60,419 nucleotides of DNA, from contig JBBRHF010000001.1 of assembly GCA_038223055.1 (NCBI GenBank), positions 1-60,419 of the forward strand. Reading direction: 5' to 3'. This stretch comes from Actinomycetes bacterium. Its GTDB lineage: Bacteria > Actinomycetota > Actinomycetes > JACCUZ01. The notes below the pieces were generated by a model. It did no database searches and was not told the origin of the DNA. It worked only from the letters and a program-made list of their open reading frames with translations. The first letter of the stretch is position 1. Every line of letters starts with the position of its first letter. Below are positions 33,531-43,512 of the stretch, one piece after another. Made by a program: the position numbers and the translations under genes.

Positions 33531-35528
33531 CTAGACGGCCGGCTCGACCGACCCGGCGAACTGGGCGTTGTAGAGCGCGGCATAGGCGCCGCCACGGGCC
33601 AGCAGGAACGCATGCGTTCCCTGCTCGACGATGCGACCCTCCTCCATCACCAGGATCAGGTCAGCATCGCGGATGGTCGAGAGCCGGTGCGCGATGATGA
33701 AGCCGGTGCGCTCGGAGCGCAACGCCGCCATCGCCTTCTGCACCAGCAGCTCGGTGCGGGTGTCGACCGAGCTGGTGGCCTCGTCCAGGATGAGCAACGA
33801 GGGTGCCGCGAGGAACGCCCGCGCGATCGTGATCAGCTGCCGCTCGCCGGCGCTGAGGTTGCTGGCTTCCTCGTCGATGACCGTGTCGTAGCCCTCGGGC
33901 AGCGAGTGCACGAAGCGGTCGACGAAACTCGCCCGCGCCGCCGCCATGATCTCGTCCTCGGTGGCGTCCGGGCGGCCGTAGGCGATGTTGTCATGGATGG
34001 TGCCGCCGAACAGCCAGGCGTCCTGCAGGACCATGCCGATCTGAGCGCGCAGCTCGTCGCGCCGCCGGCCCGCGATGTCGATGCCGTCGATGGTGATGCG
34101 CCCGGCGTCGAGCTCGTAGAACCGCATGATCAGGTTGACCAAAGTCGTCTTGCCGGCACCGGTCGGCCCGACAATCGCCACCGACTGGCCCGGGGCGGCG
34201 AGCAGGCTCAGGTCCTCGATCAGCGGGACCTCGGGCTGGTAGCGGAAGGACACGTGCTCGAAGGCCACCAGCCCGCGCGGGCTGGGCAGCGTCGCCGGCC
34301 GGACCGGGTCAGGGACCTGCTCGTCGGCGTCCAGCAAGGCGAAAACGCGCTCAGCCGACGCAACACCGGACTGCAGCAGGTTGGACATCGAGGCCACCTG
34401 GGTCAGTGGCTGACCGAACTGGCGGGAGTACTGGATGAACGCCTGGACGTCGCCCAGCGTCATGCTCCCGGAGGCCACCCGCAGGCCGCCGAGGACAGCG
34501 ATGAACACGTAGTTGAGATTTCCGATGAACATGATCGCCGGCATGATGATCCCGGACAGGAACTGGGCGCCGTAGCTCGCGTCGTAGAGCGCGTCGTTGC
34601 GCTGGCGGAACACCTCCTCCGCCTCCTGCTGGTGCCCGAAGACCCGCACCAGCGCATGCCCGGTGTAGGTCTCCTCGATGTGCGCGTTCAGCCGGCCGGT
34701 CTGCCCCCACTGGGCCACGAACAGCGGCTGGGATCGCTTGGCGATCAGCCGTGTCACGAGGATCGACAGCGGCACCGACACCAGCGCCACCAGGGCCAGC
34801 AGCGGCGAGATCCACAGCATCATCGAGAGCACGCCAACCAGGGTCAGCAACGAGTTGAGCAACTGGCTCATCGTCTGAGACATCGTCTGCTGCACGTTGT
34901 CGATGTCGTTGGTGACGCGGCTGAGCAGCTCACCGCGCGGCGTGCGGTCGAAGTAGTCCAGGGGCAACCGGTGCAGCTTGTCCTCCACGTCCGAGCGCAG
35001 CCGCGTCACTGTGCGGGCCACGACCCCGTTCAGGATATATCCCTGCAGCCACATCAGGATCGACGCAACGACGTAGAGGCCCAGCACCAGCAGGAGCACC
35101 CGTGACAGCGCGGAAAAGTCGATGCTCTGGCCAGGGACGACCGTCATGCCCGAGAGCAGGTCGGCGAAGCCGTCCTGACCACGCGCCCGTGCCGCCTCGA
35201 TCGCCTGCGCCTTGGTGGTGCCTGCGGGCAGCTCGCGCCCGACGACGCCGGCGAAGATGAGGTTGGTGGCCCCGCCCAGGATCTTGGGGCCGACGACCGA
35301 GGCGGCGACTCCCGCCAACGTCAGCGCGAGGACCGAGCACGCGGGGACCTTCTCCGGACCGAGGCGGCGCAGCAGCCGCCGAGCCGAGGGCCAGAAGTCC
35401 ATCGACTTCTCGGCCGGCATGCCCGCGCTCATCATGGCGCCCGGGCCTCGCGTGGGGATTGAGCCCGGGGGTGGCCTGGCCGATGCGGGCTGGGCCGATG
35501 CGGGCTGGGCCGATGCGGGGTGGGTCAT
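33531..35528 (-). CDS. ABC exporter, fused permease/ATPase (type I exporter half-transporter)
   Basis: ATG at 35528 overlaps the upstream stop (ATGA). Six-TM domain followed by GPTGAGKTT (Walker A), [14 protein letters not shown] (signature) and LLILDEATS (Walker B). N-terminal ASAQP repeats. Confidence 0.9.
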   Translation of the reverse strand: MTHPASAQPASAQPASARPPPGSIPTRGPGAMMSAGMPAEKSMDFWPSARRLLRRLGPEKVPACSVLALTLAGVAASVVGPKILGGATNLIFAGVVGRELPAGTTKAQAIEAARARGQDGFADLLSGMTVVPGQSIDFSALSRVLLLVLGLYVVASILMWLQGYILNGVVARTVTRLRSDVEDKLHRLPLDYFDRTPRGELLSRVTNDIDNVQQTMSQTMSQLLNSLLTLVGVLSMMLWISPLLALVALVSVPLSILVTRLIAKRSQPLFVAQWGQTGRLNAHIEETYTGHALVRVFGHQQEAEEVFRQRNDALYDASYGAQFLSGIIMPAIMFIGNLNYVFIAVLGGLRVASGSMTLGDVQAFIQYSRQFGQPLTQVASMSNLLQSGVASAERVFALLDADEQVPDPVRPATLPSPRGLVAFEHVSFRYQPEVPLIEDLSLLAAPGQSVAIVGPTGAGKTTLVNLIMRFYELDAGRITIDGIDIAGRRRDELRAQIGMVLQDAWLFGGTIHDNIAYGRPDATEDEIMAAARASFVDRFVHSLPEGYDTVIDEEASNLSAGERQLITIARAFLAAPSLLILDEATSSVDTRTELLVQKAMAALRSERTGFIIAHRLSTIRDADLILVMEEGRIVEQGTHAFLLARGGAYAALYNAQFAGSVEPAV
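35476..35520. repeat. in-frame 15-nt tandem repeat x3 at the 5' end of the second ABC gene
   Basis: ctggccgatgcgggc tgggccgatgcgggc tgggccgatgcgggg, encoding [13 protein letters not shown] on the minus strand. Confidence 0.9.
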
Positions 35529-37258
35529 GCCACCGCCTTGGCGGGCAGCTGGGACGCGACGATCTCGGCGTACGTCGGGCAGCGGGCCAGCAGGTCCGCG
35601 TGCGTGCCGAGGCCGATCACGGCGCCGTCGTCGAGCACCACGATCTGGTCGGCGTCGATGATCGTCGAGACACGCTGGGCGACGATGACCACCGCCGAGT
35701 CGCGCATCTCGGCGCGCAGCGCGGTGCGCAGCCGCGCGTCCGTGGCCAGGTCCAGCGCCGAGAACGAGTCGTCGAACAGGTAGATTTCCGGACGGTGCAC
35801 GATGGCCCGCGCGATCGCCAGGCGTTGGCGCTGACCGCCGGAGAAGTTGGTGCCGCCCTGGGCCACCGGCGCGTCCAGCCCCTCGGCGAGCTCGGCGACG
35901 AAGTCCTCGGCCTGCGCCGTGCGCAGAGCCCGCCACAGGTCCTCCTCGCTCGCGCTTGCCCTGCCGTAGCGCAGGTTGCTCGCCACCGTGCCGGTGAACA
36001 AGTAGGCGCTCTGCGGGACCAGCCCGATCAGCCGGTGCAGCAGCGCCGGGTCGAGCCGGCGCACGTCGACCCCGTCGACGAGGACTGCTCCTGCGGTCGC
36101 GTCGACCAGGCGCGGGACGAGTGACACGAGCGTGGACTTGCCCGAACCGGTGCTGCCGATGATGGCCGTGGTCTGGCCGGGTCCGGTCCGGAACGCGACG
36201 TCGGTCAGCACGGAATGCTCAGCACCGGGATAGCGGAACGACACGCCGCGTAGCTCCAACGTCGCTCGCGGCCCCACCTCGGCCACCGGGTCAACAGGGG
36301 GGATCACCGACGACTCGGTGTCGAGGACCTCGGTCAGTCGCTCGGCGCACACCGCGGCGCGCGGGACGAGAACGAGCATGAAGGTCGCCATCATGATCGA
36401 CATCAGGATCTGCAGGAGGTAGCTGAGGAACGCCGTCAGCGAGCCGATCTGCATCTGGCCGGCCGCGATGCGGTGGGCGCCGAACCACAGGACCGCGACG
36501 CTGGACACATTGAGAACGAGCATCACGATCGGGAACATGAACGCCATCAGGCGGCCGACCCGCAGCCCGGTGTCGGTCAGATCGGCGTTGGCGACCCCGA
36601 ACCGGGCTCGTTCGACAGGTTCGCGCACGAACGCCCGTACCACCCGGATGCCGGTGATCTGCTCGCGCAGGACCCGGTTGACGGTGTCGATCCTGGTCTG
36701 CATCAGGCGGAACTGCGGGATCATCCGCGACACGATCAGCGCGATGGCCGCAACCAGCGCCGTGACGCTGACCACGATCAACCACGACAGACCGGGGTCC
36801 TCGCGCAGCGCCATGATGATGCCCCCGACGCACATGATCGGCGCGGAGACCATCAACGTGCAGGTGAGCAGCACCAGCATCTGCACCTGCTGCACGTCGT
36901 TGGTCGTGCGGGTGATCAGCGACGGCGCACCGAAGTGCGTGACCTCGCGCGAGGAGAAGGTGCCGACCCGGCCGAAGACCGCGGCACGGGCGTCTCGGCC
37001 GAAGCCCATCGCCGTCCGCGCCCCGAAGTAGACCGCTGTGACCGAGCAGATCACCTGCACGAGGGTCACGGCGAGCATGACCGCGCCGACCCGCACGATG
37101 TAGCCCGTGTCCGCCTTCGCCACGCCGTTGTCGATGATGTCCGCGTTCAGGCTGGGCAGGTAGAGCGCCGCCAGCGTGGCGAGCAGATTCAGCACGACGA
37201 CCAGGCCCAGGAAGCCTCGATAGGGAATGAGGTAGATCCGCAACAGCCGGACGAGCAC
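35525..37258 (-). CDS. ABC exporter, fused permease/ATPase (partner half-transporter)
   Basis: GTG at 37258 preceded by [17 protein letters not shown] (Walker A), [26 protein letters not shown]. Confidence 0.9.
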   Translation of the reverse strand: MLVRLLRIYLIPYRGFLGLVVVLNLLATLAALYLPSLNADIIDNGVAKADTGYIVRVGAVMLAVTLVQVICSVTAVYFGARTAMGFGRDARAAVFGRVGTFSSREVTHFGAPSLITRTTNDVQQVQMLVLLTCTLMVSAPIMCVGGIIMALREDPGLSWLIVVSVTALVAAIALIVSRMIPQFRLMQTRIDTVNRVLREQITGIRVVRAFVREPVERARFGVANADLTDTGLRVGRLMAFMFPIVMLVLNVSSVAVLWFGAHRIAAGQMQIGSLTAFLSYLLQILMSIMMATFMLVLVPRAAVCAERLTEVLDTESSVIPPVDPVAEVGPRATLELRGVSFRYPGAEHSVLTDVAFRTGPGQTTAIIGSTGSGKSTLVSLVPRLVDATAGAVLVDGVDVRRLDPALLHRLIGLVPQSAYLFTGTVASNLRYGRASASEEDLWRALRTAQAEDFVAELAEGLDAPVAQGGTNFSGGQRQRLAIARAIVHRPEIYLFDDSFSALDLATDARLRTALRAEMRDSAVVIVAQRVSTIIDADQIVVLDDGAVIGLGTHADLLARCPTYAEIVASQLPAKAVA

Positions 37259-37444
37259 GCTCTACCTCCTTCGTGCCTCGGCCTGGAACCCACCCGCCAC
37301 GGCAACCGCCGATGCGCCTCTCCACCGTGACCCTATGCCGCCGGCGAGACCACAATTTTTGGCGCGGCCATGCAGGCGGCTATCTCCGCTCGCGCTGTCC
37401 TAGCAAACCGGGCGGGGAAGTGGCCGAGCACCGGGGACCCGCAG

Positions 37445-37855
37445 TCACTCCTCCCGAGGGGGCGTCAGGATCGTGCAGGTCGGGCCACTCGCTCGCGAAA
37501 GCCGACGATCGAGGGTCACCAGGGGGGCCCCGAGCAGCTCAGCCAGCGCGACGTAGGACGCGTCGTAGGCGCTCAGTGTCTCGCGGAGCTCCCAAGCACG
37601 GTCGGCAAACGGATGGTAGGGCCAGAGCTGGAGCGGCAGCGAGAGCAGGTCGCGATGGGCGAGGGTCGCTTCGACCCGTTCCAAGCGGCCGGCAAGCTGG
37701 TGGCGCCGCAGGACGTTTGCGGTCTCGAACATCGCCAGCGTCGGCGTGGCGAGGAAGCCGTGCTCGGCGGTGGCCGCCACCCAGTCGCCGGTCGCCCCGC
37801 CATCGACGAGCAGCGCCACGATGGCCGAGGAGTCCAGGACGTAAGAACTCGTCAC
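37445..37855 (-). CDS. vapC: type II toxin VapC (PIN-domain ribonuclease)
   Basis: YVLDSSAIVALL (D8), FETANVL, YDASYVALAE and LVTLDRRL give the four conserved acidic PIN positions. GTG overlaps the antitoxin stop (GTGA). Confidence 0.85.
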   Translation of the reverse strand: MTSSYVLDSSAIVALLVDGGATGDWVAATAEHGFLATPTLAMFETANVLRRHQLAGRLERVEATLAHRDLLSLPLQLWPYHPFADRAWELRETLSAYDASYVALAELLGAPLVTLDRRLSRASGPTCTILTPPREE

Positions 37856-38088
37856 CGGCGCTCAGCGTCGCGGTCGGCCACGATGTCCGCCGCTGGGAGC
37901 ACCCGCCCAGACGCGCGCGCCCGAGTCCTGGCGCCCTGGAGCGCCGCAGCGACGTCGGGCCGCTCGGCCAGCTCGGCAAGCTGGGCCACGAGGTACTCCT
38001 GCAGGGAGCGGCCGGACCGGGAAGCGCGGGCGGCTAGCTCGTCTCGGACGTCATCGGGCACGTTCCTGATGGTGATCGCGACGGGCAT
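37852..38088 (-). CDS. vapB: type II antitoxin, ribbon-helix-helix (FitA/VapB-like)
   Basis: MPVAITIRNVPDDVRDELAARASRSGRSLQEYLVAQL is a typical Arc/RHH antitoxin N-terminus. Confidence 0.8.
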   Translation of the reverse strand: MPVAITIRNVPDDVRDELAARASRSGRSLQEYLVAQLAELAERPDVAAALQGARTRARASGRVLPAADIVADRDAERR

Positions 38089-38126
38089 GCCTGCATATTA
38101 ACTGCATTGCCGCCGAAATGCATGCC
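38084..38126. promoter_or_regulatory. inverted repeat / TGCA-rich candidate vapBC operator
   Basis: GGCATGC ... GCATGCC arms flank ctgcatattaactgcattgccgccgaaat, in a locally AT-richer stretch overlapping the vapB start. Confidence 0.3.
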
Positions 38127-38392
38127 ACGGCGAGCCGCGAGAGCACTGGGTCAGCGCCCCGACCGAGACATTCAGGAAATAGGGTGGGAAAGAGCCGCTA
38201 CGCCGCTTATGCAGCGTTTCGAGGCGCATGGTGTGCGGAGGTCCGCGAGAACTTCCGTATCTCCTTGCCGCTGGCTGGGCTCCTCCCACCCTGAGTCGAT
38301 CAAACACCGCGCGCCCCCGCGCGGCTAGGGCCAAAGGTCCCGACGTACGTCGAGGCCGCACCGGTCAGCGCCGCGCACGGACCTCCCGCCCG

Positions 38393-38848
38393 TTACAGGT
38401 CGAACTCCGACGGCGCGATGCCCACCGCGTGGCACCCCTCGCGTACGGCCTTCTTCTCGTCCTCGTCGAAGTCGCCGTCCGCGCCGCCGATGATGATGCC
38501 GATCTGGATCACCGCGCGCCCCTGGTCCGGCTTGGCCTTGAGCTTGCTGATCCGCTGGATCGCCTCGACCTTGCCGAAGTCGTAGTCCGAGGAGAGCTTG
38601 TCGCAGTAGAAGGTGAACTGCTGCAGCAGGTCGGCCGCCGGAAAGATCGACAGGACGTCGTTGTTCGTGATGAGAGCCGCGACCTTCCGTCGCTCCTCGG
38701 CGTCGACCTTGCCGTCGGCCGCGGCGATCAACGCGCACATCGCCATCGTCGCCTGCGAGAAGTCCTTGTTCTTGAACTGCGACGTCTTGGTCTTCAACTG
38801 CGCGTTCATGTCGACGGAGCGCGCCTTGAGCTGGTCCCACAGAGCCAT
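38393..38848 (-). CDS. terB: TerB family tellurite-resistance protein
   Basis: ATMAMCALIAAADGKVDAEERRKVAALI ... VIQIGIIIGGADGDFDEDEKKAV shows the two ADG-x-xD-xxE TerB repeats. Confidence 0.85.
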   Translation of the reverse strand: MALWDQLKARSVDMNAQLKTKTSQFKNKDFSQATMAMCALIAAADGKVDAEERRKVAALITNNDVLSIFPAADLLQQFTFYCDKLSSDYDFGKVEAIQRISKLKAKPDQGRAVIQIGIIIGGADGDFDEDEKKAVREGCHAVGIAPSEFDL

Positions 38849-38943
38849 CTGCTGTCCCCTTCAGGTTGCGGGCCGCATCGTCGCGACCGCACCAGCATCG
38901 TCGCACCCCAGCGCCCGACATGCCGGACGGGCAAGATGTGACC

Positions 38944-40146
38944 ATGACCTCGCTGAGCAAGGGCTCCAACATCCCCCTGACCGCTCCCGCGCTGCGTGCC
39001 GTGCTGGGCTGGTCCGCCGGCGCGGCTGTCGACGTCGACGCCTCGGCGCTGCTGCTCACGAGCTCGGGCAAGGTCCGATCCGACGCCGACTTCGTGTTCT
39101 ACAACCAGCCCAGCGATGTGACCGGCGCCATCACCCACGTCGGAAAGCAGACCGCTGGGACCAACTTGACCGACACGGTGAGCGTGGACACCAGGCGGCT
39201 CGACCGGGACATCGAGCGGGTGATCTTCGCCGCGTCCGCGGACGGGGGGACGTTCGGCCAGGTTCCTGGGCTGCACCTGCGGCTCGAGGACGCCGGCAGC
39301 GGTGCCGAGCTGGCCCGGTTCGACATCCTGGACGCCACGAGCGAGACGGCATTCGTGTTCGGCGAGCTTTACCTGCGCAATGGCGCCTGGAAGTTCCGCG
39401 CGGTCGGGCAGGGCTACGCCTCTGGCCTGGCCGGGCTCGCCCGAGACTTCGGCATCAGCGTCGACGACGCGCCGGCCGTAGCCGTGCCGCCCGCTGCCGC
39501 GCCGCCCGCCGCCGCCCTACCAGCCCCTTCCGCCCCCCCAACCCCCTCGGCCCCTGCCGCCGGCGTGGTGAACCTCGACAAGGGCCGGGTGTCGCTGCGC
39601 AAGAACCAGACGGTCAGCCTGGTCAAGACCGGCGCTCCCCCGCTGTCCAAGGTGGTGATGGGGCTGGGCTGGGATCCCGCCAAGCACGGTCGCGACATCG
39701 ACCTGGACGCCTCCGTCATCTCCTACGACGCGTCCGGAGGCAAGATGGGCCTCGTCTGGTTCATGCACAAGTCGGACTACAGCGGCGCGATCCAGCACAG
39801 CGGCGACAACCTGACCGGTCAGGGCGGCGGCGACGACGAGCAGATCCAGGTCGACCTGGGCGCGCTGCCCGCCGCCGTGACCCACCTTGTGTTCACCATC
39901 AACAGCTTCACCGGACAGAACTTCACCGAGGTGCGCAACGCCTACTGCCGCCTTCTCGACCCCACGAACACCGAACTGGTCCGCTACGACCTGTCGGCCG
40001 GCGAGGCGCAGACCGGCGTCTTGATGGCCCGCCTGAGCCGGACGCCGGACGGCACGTGGACGATGAGAGCGCTCGGCGAGTTCCACAAGGGCAGGACCGT
40101 GAAGGCGATGACTGACCCCGGCTCCCGTGCCGTCCTGGCCGGCTAG
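38944..40146 (+). CDS. tandem double-TerD-domain protein (TerA-like) with Pro/Ala linker
   Basis: Domain 1: LSKGSNIPL...VDVDASALLL...DADFVFYNQ...[22 protein letters not shown]. Linker: PPAAAPPAAALPAPSAPPTPSAPAA. Domain 2: VNLDKGRVSL...GLGWD...DIDLDASVI...HSGDNLTGQGGGDDEQI. Confidence 0.85.
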   Translation: MTSLSKGSNIPLTAPALRAVLGWSAGAAVDVDASALLLTSSGKVRSDADFVFYNQPSDVTGAITHVGKQTAGTNLTDTVSVDTRRLDRDIERVIFAASADGGTFGQVPGLHLRLEDAGSGAELARFDILDATSETAFVFGELYLRNGAWKFRAVGQGYASGLAGLARDFGISVDDAPAVAVPPAAAPPAAALPAPSAPPTPSAPAAGVVNLDKGRVSLRKNQTVSLVKTGAPPLSKVVMGLGWDPAKHGRDIDLDASVISYDASGGKMGLVWFMHKSDYSGAIQHSGDNLTGQGGGDDEQIQVDLGALPAAVTHLVFTINSFTGQNFTEVRNAYCRLLDPTNTELVRYDLSAGEAQTGVLMARLSRTPDGTWTMRALGEFHKGRTVKAMTDPGSRAVLAG

Positions 40147-40154
40147 CCGGCCAG
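40135..40154. other. perfect 20-bp palindrome centred on the TerA-like stop codon
   Basis: CTGGCCGGCTAGCCGGCCAG is its own reverse complement. The TAG at 40144-40146 is the stop. Confidence 0.9.
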
Positions 40155-40278
40155 CGGCTCACCCTCCACGACCGGCCAGTCCGCCTCGGCGACGGTAGAC
40201 TGTGCCAGGTTGCCGCACGGGTGACATGACTTTGCTCGCGGGGCAGCACGGCTCCCGAGCGTGACTCTGGAGGACTAC

Positions 40279-40860
40279 ATGGGTGTTTCGCTGACCAAGG
40301 GCGGGAACGTCAGCCTCACCAAGCAGGCCGGTTCCGCTGGCCTGGCCGCGGTGACCGTCGGTCTGGGCTGGGATGTTCGCACGACCACTGGCACCGACTT
40401 CGACCTCGACGCCAGCGCCATCGTCGCCAAGGCCGACGGCAAGGTGCTCAGTGACAAGCATTTCATCTTCTTCAACAACCTCAAGAGCCCCGAAGGCGCC
40501 GTCGAGCACACCGGGGACAACCTCACCGGCGAGGGCGAGGGCGACGACGAGCAGATCAAGATCACCTTCGCTGCCATCCCGGCCGAGGTCGACAAGATCG
40601 TTTTCATCTGCTCGATCTACGAAGCCGAGGCTCGCTCGCAGAGTTTCGGTCAGGTCCGCAACGCCTTCATCCGCGTCGTGAACCAGGCCGACAGCGCCGA
40701 ACTGGGCCGCTACGACCTGTCCGAGGACGCCTCGACCGAGACCGCGATGGTCTTCGGCGAGGTCTACCGAAACGGCGCGGAGTGGAAGTTCCGGGCCGTC
40801 GGTCAGGGTTACGCCTCCGGTCTGCGGGGCATCGCCCAGGACTTCGGCGTCGTCGTCTAG
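40279..40860 (+). CDS. terD: TerD family stress protein
   Basis: [15 protein letters not shown]...[21 protein letters not shown]...[30 protein letters not shown]...[34 protein letters not shown]. Confidence 0.9.
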   Translation: MGVSLTKGGNVSLTKQAGSAGLAAVTVGLGWDVRTTTGTDFDLDASAIVAKADGKVLSDKHFIFFNNLKSPEGAVEHTGDNLTGEGEGDDEQIKITFAAIPAEVDKIVFICSIYEAEARSQSFGQVRNAFIRVVNQADSAELGRYDLSEDASTETAMVFGEVYRNGAEWKFRAVGQGYASGLRGIAQDFGVVV

Positions 40861-40982
40861 GCGATCGCCCGGCCGACCGCACCGGCCCCCAGGAAACTTC
40901 ACCGGCCCAACATCACAACATTGGGTGAACAACACCACGCAGGAGATCCCTGGACGTGGCAATAACTGGAGGATTGGTCTAC

Positions 40983-41558
40983 GTGAGCGTCTCGTTGCAA
41001 AAGGGCGGAAACGTCAGCCTGACCAAGGCTGCGCCCAACCTCGTCTCGGTGCTCGTCGGTCTGGGCTGGGACGTCCGCACCACGACCGGAGTGGACTTCG
41101 ACCTCGACGCCAGCGCGATGATGTGCGCCGAAGGCGGCAAGGTGCTCTCGGACCAGCACTTCGTCTTCTTCAACAACCTCAAGAGCCCCGACGGCTCGGT
41201 CGAGCACACCGGGGACAACCTCACCGGTGAGGGCGAGGGCGACGACGAGGCCATCAAGGTGGCGCTGACCACGGTGCCGGCCAACGTCGTCAAGATCGTG
41301 TTCCCCGTCTCCATCTACGAAGCCGAGGCACGCTCGCAGAACTTCGGGCAGGTGACAAACGCGTTCATCCGCGTCGTCGACTCATCCAACGGCACCGAAC
41401 TTGCCCGCTACGACCTCACCGAGGACGCCTCCACCGAGACGGCCATGGTCTTCGGTGAGCTCTACCGGCACAACAGCGAGTGGAAGTTCCGCGCCATCGG
41501 TCAGGGCTACGCCTCCGGCCTGCGGGGCATCGCCGCGGACTACGGCGTCTCCGTCTGA
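40983..41558 (+). CDS. terD: TerD family stress protein (close paralog of the preceding gene)
   Basis: [15 protein letters not shown]...[21 protein letters not shown]...[30 protein letters not shown]...[26 protein letters not shown] start with the same CTGGAGGA leader as 40279. Confidence 0.9.
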   Translation: MSVSLQKGGNVSLTKAAPNLVSVLVGLGWDVRTTTGVDFDLDASAMMCAEGGKVLSDQHFVFFNNLKSPDGSVEHTGDNLTGEGEGDDEAIKVALTTVPANVVKIVFPVSIYEAEARSQNFGQVTNAFIRVVDSSNGTELARYDLTEDASTETAMVFGELYRHNSEWKFRAIGQGYASGLRGIAADYGVSV

Positions 41559-41640
41559 CGGTCCGCAGGCGCGGTCTATCCCCTGGGGAACGTCGGGGCG
41601 GTGACCGTTCGTCTTCTGCACACATGGAAAGGAATACACT

Positions 41641-42705
41641 GTGCTGCTTCGCACCTTCGGCTGGTCGTGGGGCGTCACCGCCGCCACCCTCGCCGGCGCC
41701 CTGATCCTTGGCGGGCCGCAGGCCTTCGCCATCGTGGCAATCCTCGCGGTCCTGGAGATCTCGCTGTCGTTCGACAACGCGGTGGTGAATGCCACGATCC
41801 TCGAGCGGATGAACGAGTTCTGGCAGAAGATCTTCCTTACCATAGGCATCGTCATCGCGGTGTTCGGCATGCGGCTGCTCTTCCCGCTGCTCATCGTGGG
41901 CATCACCGCCAAGCTGAGCCCCTACGCCGCGGTCGACCTGGCCCTCAACGACGGCAAGCAGTACGGCGAGCTGCTGCGCGCCGCGCACCCCACCATCGCG
42001 GCGTTCGGCGGCACATTCCTGCTGATGCTGTTCCTGGACTTCATCTTCGAGGACCGCGAGACCAAATGGCTCACCTGGCTGGAGAAGCCTCTCGCCCGGG
42101 TCGGCAAGCTGGACCAGCTCTCCGTCGTTGTCTCCCTGGTGACTCTCGTGATCGCAGCCGAGACCCTCGCCGAGAAGCCCGCCCCGGTCATGGTCGCCGG
42201 CGCCCTCGGCGCCGTGACTTACCTCGCCGTTAACGGGCTCGGTGAGCTGTTCGAGAGCCAAGGCAGCCACGACACCGGACCCAACTCACTCGTGAAGGCG
42301 TCCGGCAAGGCGGCCTTCTTCCTGTTCCTCTACCTCGAGGTGCTCGACGCGTCCTTCAGCTTCGACGGTGTCATCGGCGCATTCGCCATCAGCAACAACA
42401 TCTTGATCATCTCGGCGGGCCTCGGCGTGGGCGCGATGTACATCCGGTCCCTCACGGTCTACCTCGTGCGACAGGGCACGTTGAACGACTACGCCTTCCT
42501 GGAGCACGGCGCGCACTGGGCGATCGGAGCACTGGCCGCGATCATGCTGGTCAGCATCGGGCACGAGGTCCCCGAGCTGGTCACCGGCCTGCTCGGGGTG
42601 GGCTTCATCGGGGCGGCCTTCCTGTCCTCGCTCGGCCTGAACAAGCGGCGGGCAACGGAGGAGGCGGCCGAAGCCAGCACGGAACTCCAGACCACCCGCA
42701 GCTAG
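41641..42705 (+). CDS. DUF475 / TerC-like integral membrane protein
   Basis: AILAVLEISLSFDNAVVNA and a second LEVLDASFSFDGVIGAFA half give the duplicated (S)FDN/FDG motif of the TerC/DUF475 superfamily. Polytopic. GTG start with GGAAAGGA RBS. Confidence 0.8.
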   Translation: MLLRTFGWSWGVTAATLAGALILGGPQAFAIVAILAVLEISLSFDNAVVNATILERMNEFWQKIFLTIGIVIAVFGMRLLFPLLIVGITAKLSPYAAVDLALNDGKQYGELLRAAHPTIAAFGGTFLLMLFLDFIFEDRETKWLTWLEKPLARVGKLDQLSVVVSLVTLVIAAETLAEKPAPVMVAGALGAVTYLAVNGLGELFESQGSHDTGPNSLVKASGKAAFFLFLYLEVLDASFSFDGVIGAFAISNNILIISAGLGVGAMYIRSLTVYLVRQGTLNDYAFLEHGAHWAIGALAAIMLVSIGHEVPELVTGLLGVGFIGAAFLSSLGLNKRRATEEAAEASTELQTTRS

Positions 42706-42769
42706 TCAGAACGTGTCGCCGGGCTGCTCATCGCCCTGGTGAGCCGCAACTCAGGACTGGGAGATCTCC

Positions 42770-43468
42770 ATGGGAATCGACTACACCAAGCGTGCCGCCA
42801 GCAGCGACGCGACGCCGAGCAACGCTGCGCCCGCGGGCGGGGTCAACCTGAGCAAGGTGGTCCTGACCAAGTCCGCACCCACGGTGTCGCTCACCAAGTC
42901 CGGCTCCGCGACCGGTCTGCTTCGGGTCAACCTGAACTGGAACGCCCGCCCCGCCCAGAGTGGCGGCGGGGGCTTCTTCAAGCGGGTCCGTGGTGGCGGC
43001 TCGATCGACCTGGACCTCGGTTGCCTCTACGAGTTCACCAACGGGAAGAAGGGCGTCGTGCAGGCGCTCGGCAACGCGTTCGAGGCGCGTGGTGACGCCG
43101 GCACCCCGGTCATCCGGCTCGACGGCGACGACCGGTCCGGCACGAACAGCGCAGGAGAAAACCTGATCATCGATCTGTCCCAACTGGCGATGATCAAGCG
43201 CATCATCGTGTTCGCGTTCATCTACGAGGGCGTGGCCAACTGGGCGCAGGCCGACGGTGTCGTCACGCTGTTCCCGCAGAACGGCCCGCAGGTCGAGGTC
43301 CGTCTCGACGAGGCACAGAACGGCACACCGATGTGCGCCATCGCGCAGTTCGTCAACACCGGCGGCGAGTTGTCGCTCAACCGCGAGGTCCGCTACATCA
43401 ACGGCGGGCAGGACAAGCTGGACGCCGCCTACGGCTGGGGCATGGACTGGAGCCCGGGGCGCAAGTAA
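42770..43468 (+). CDS. divergent TerD-fold protein (TerD/TerZ/TerX-like)
   Basis: GVNLSKVVLTK...VSLTK...IDLDLGCLYE...VIRLDGDDRSGTNSAGENLIIDL...IIVFAFIYEG retains the TerD strand pattern and acidic Ca-site-like DGDDRSG, but is far from the two canonical copies. Confidence 0.7.
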   Translation: MGIDYTKRAASSDATPSNAAPAGGVNLSKVVLTKSAPTVSLTKSGSATGLLRVNLNWNARPAQSGGGGFFKRVRGGGSIDLDLGCLYEFTNGKKGVVQALGNAFEARGDAGTPVIRLDGDDRSGTNSAGENLIIDLSQLAMIKRIIVFAFIYEGVANWAQADGVVTLFPQNGPQVEVRLDEAQNGTPMCAIAQFVNTGGELSLNREVRYINGGQDKLDAAYGWGMDWSPGRK

Positions 43469-43512
43469 CCGCTGACCGGCACCCGCACAATCTGATCGGC
43501 GAAAGGATCGCC

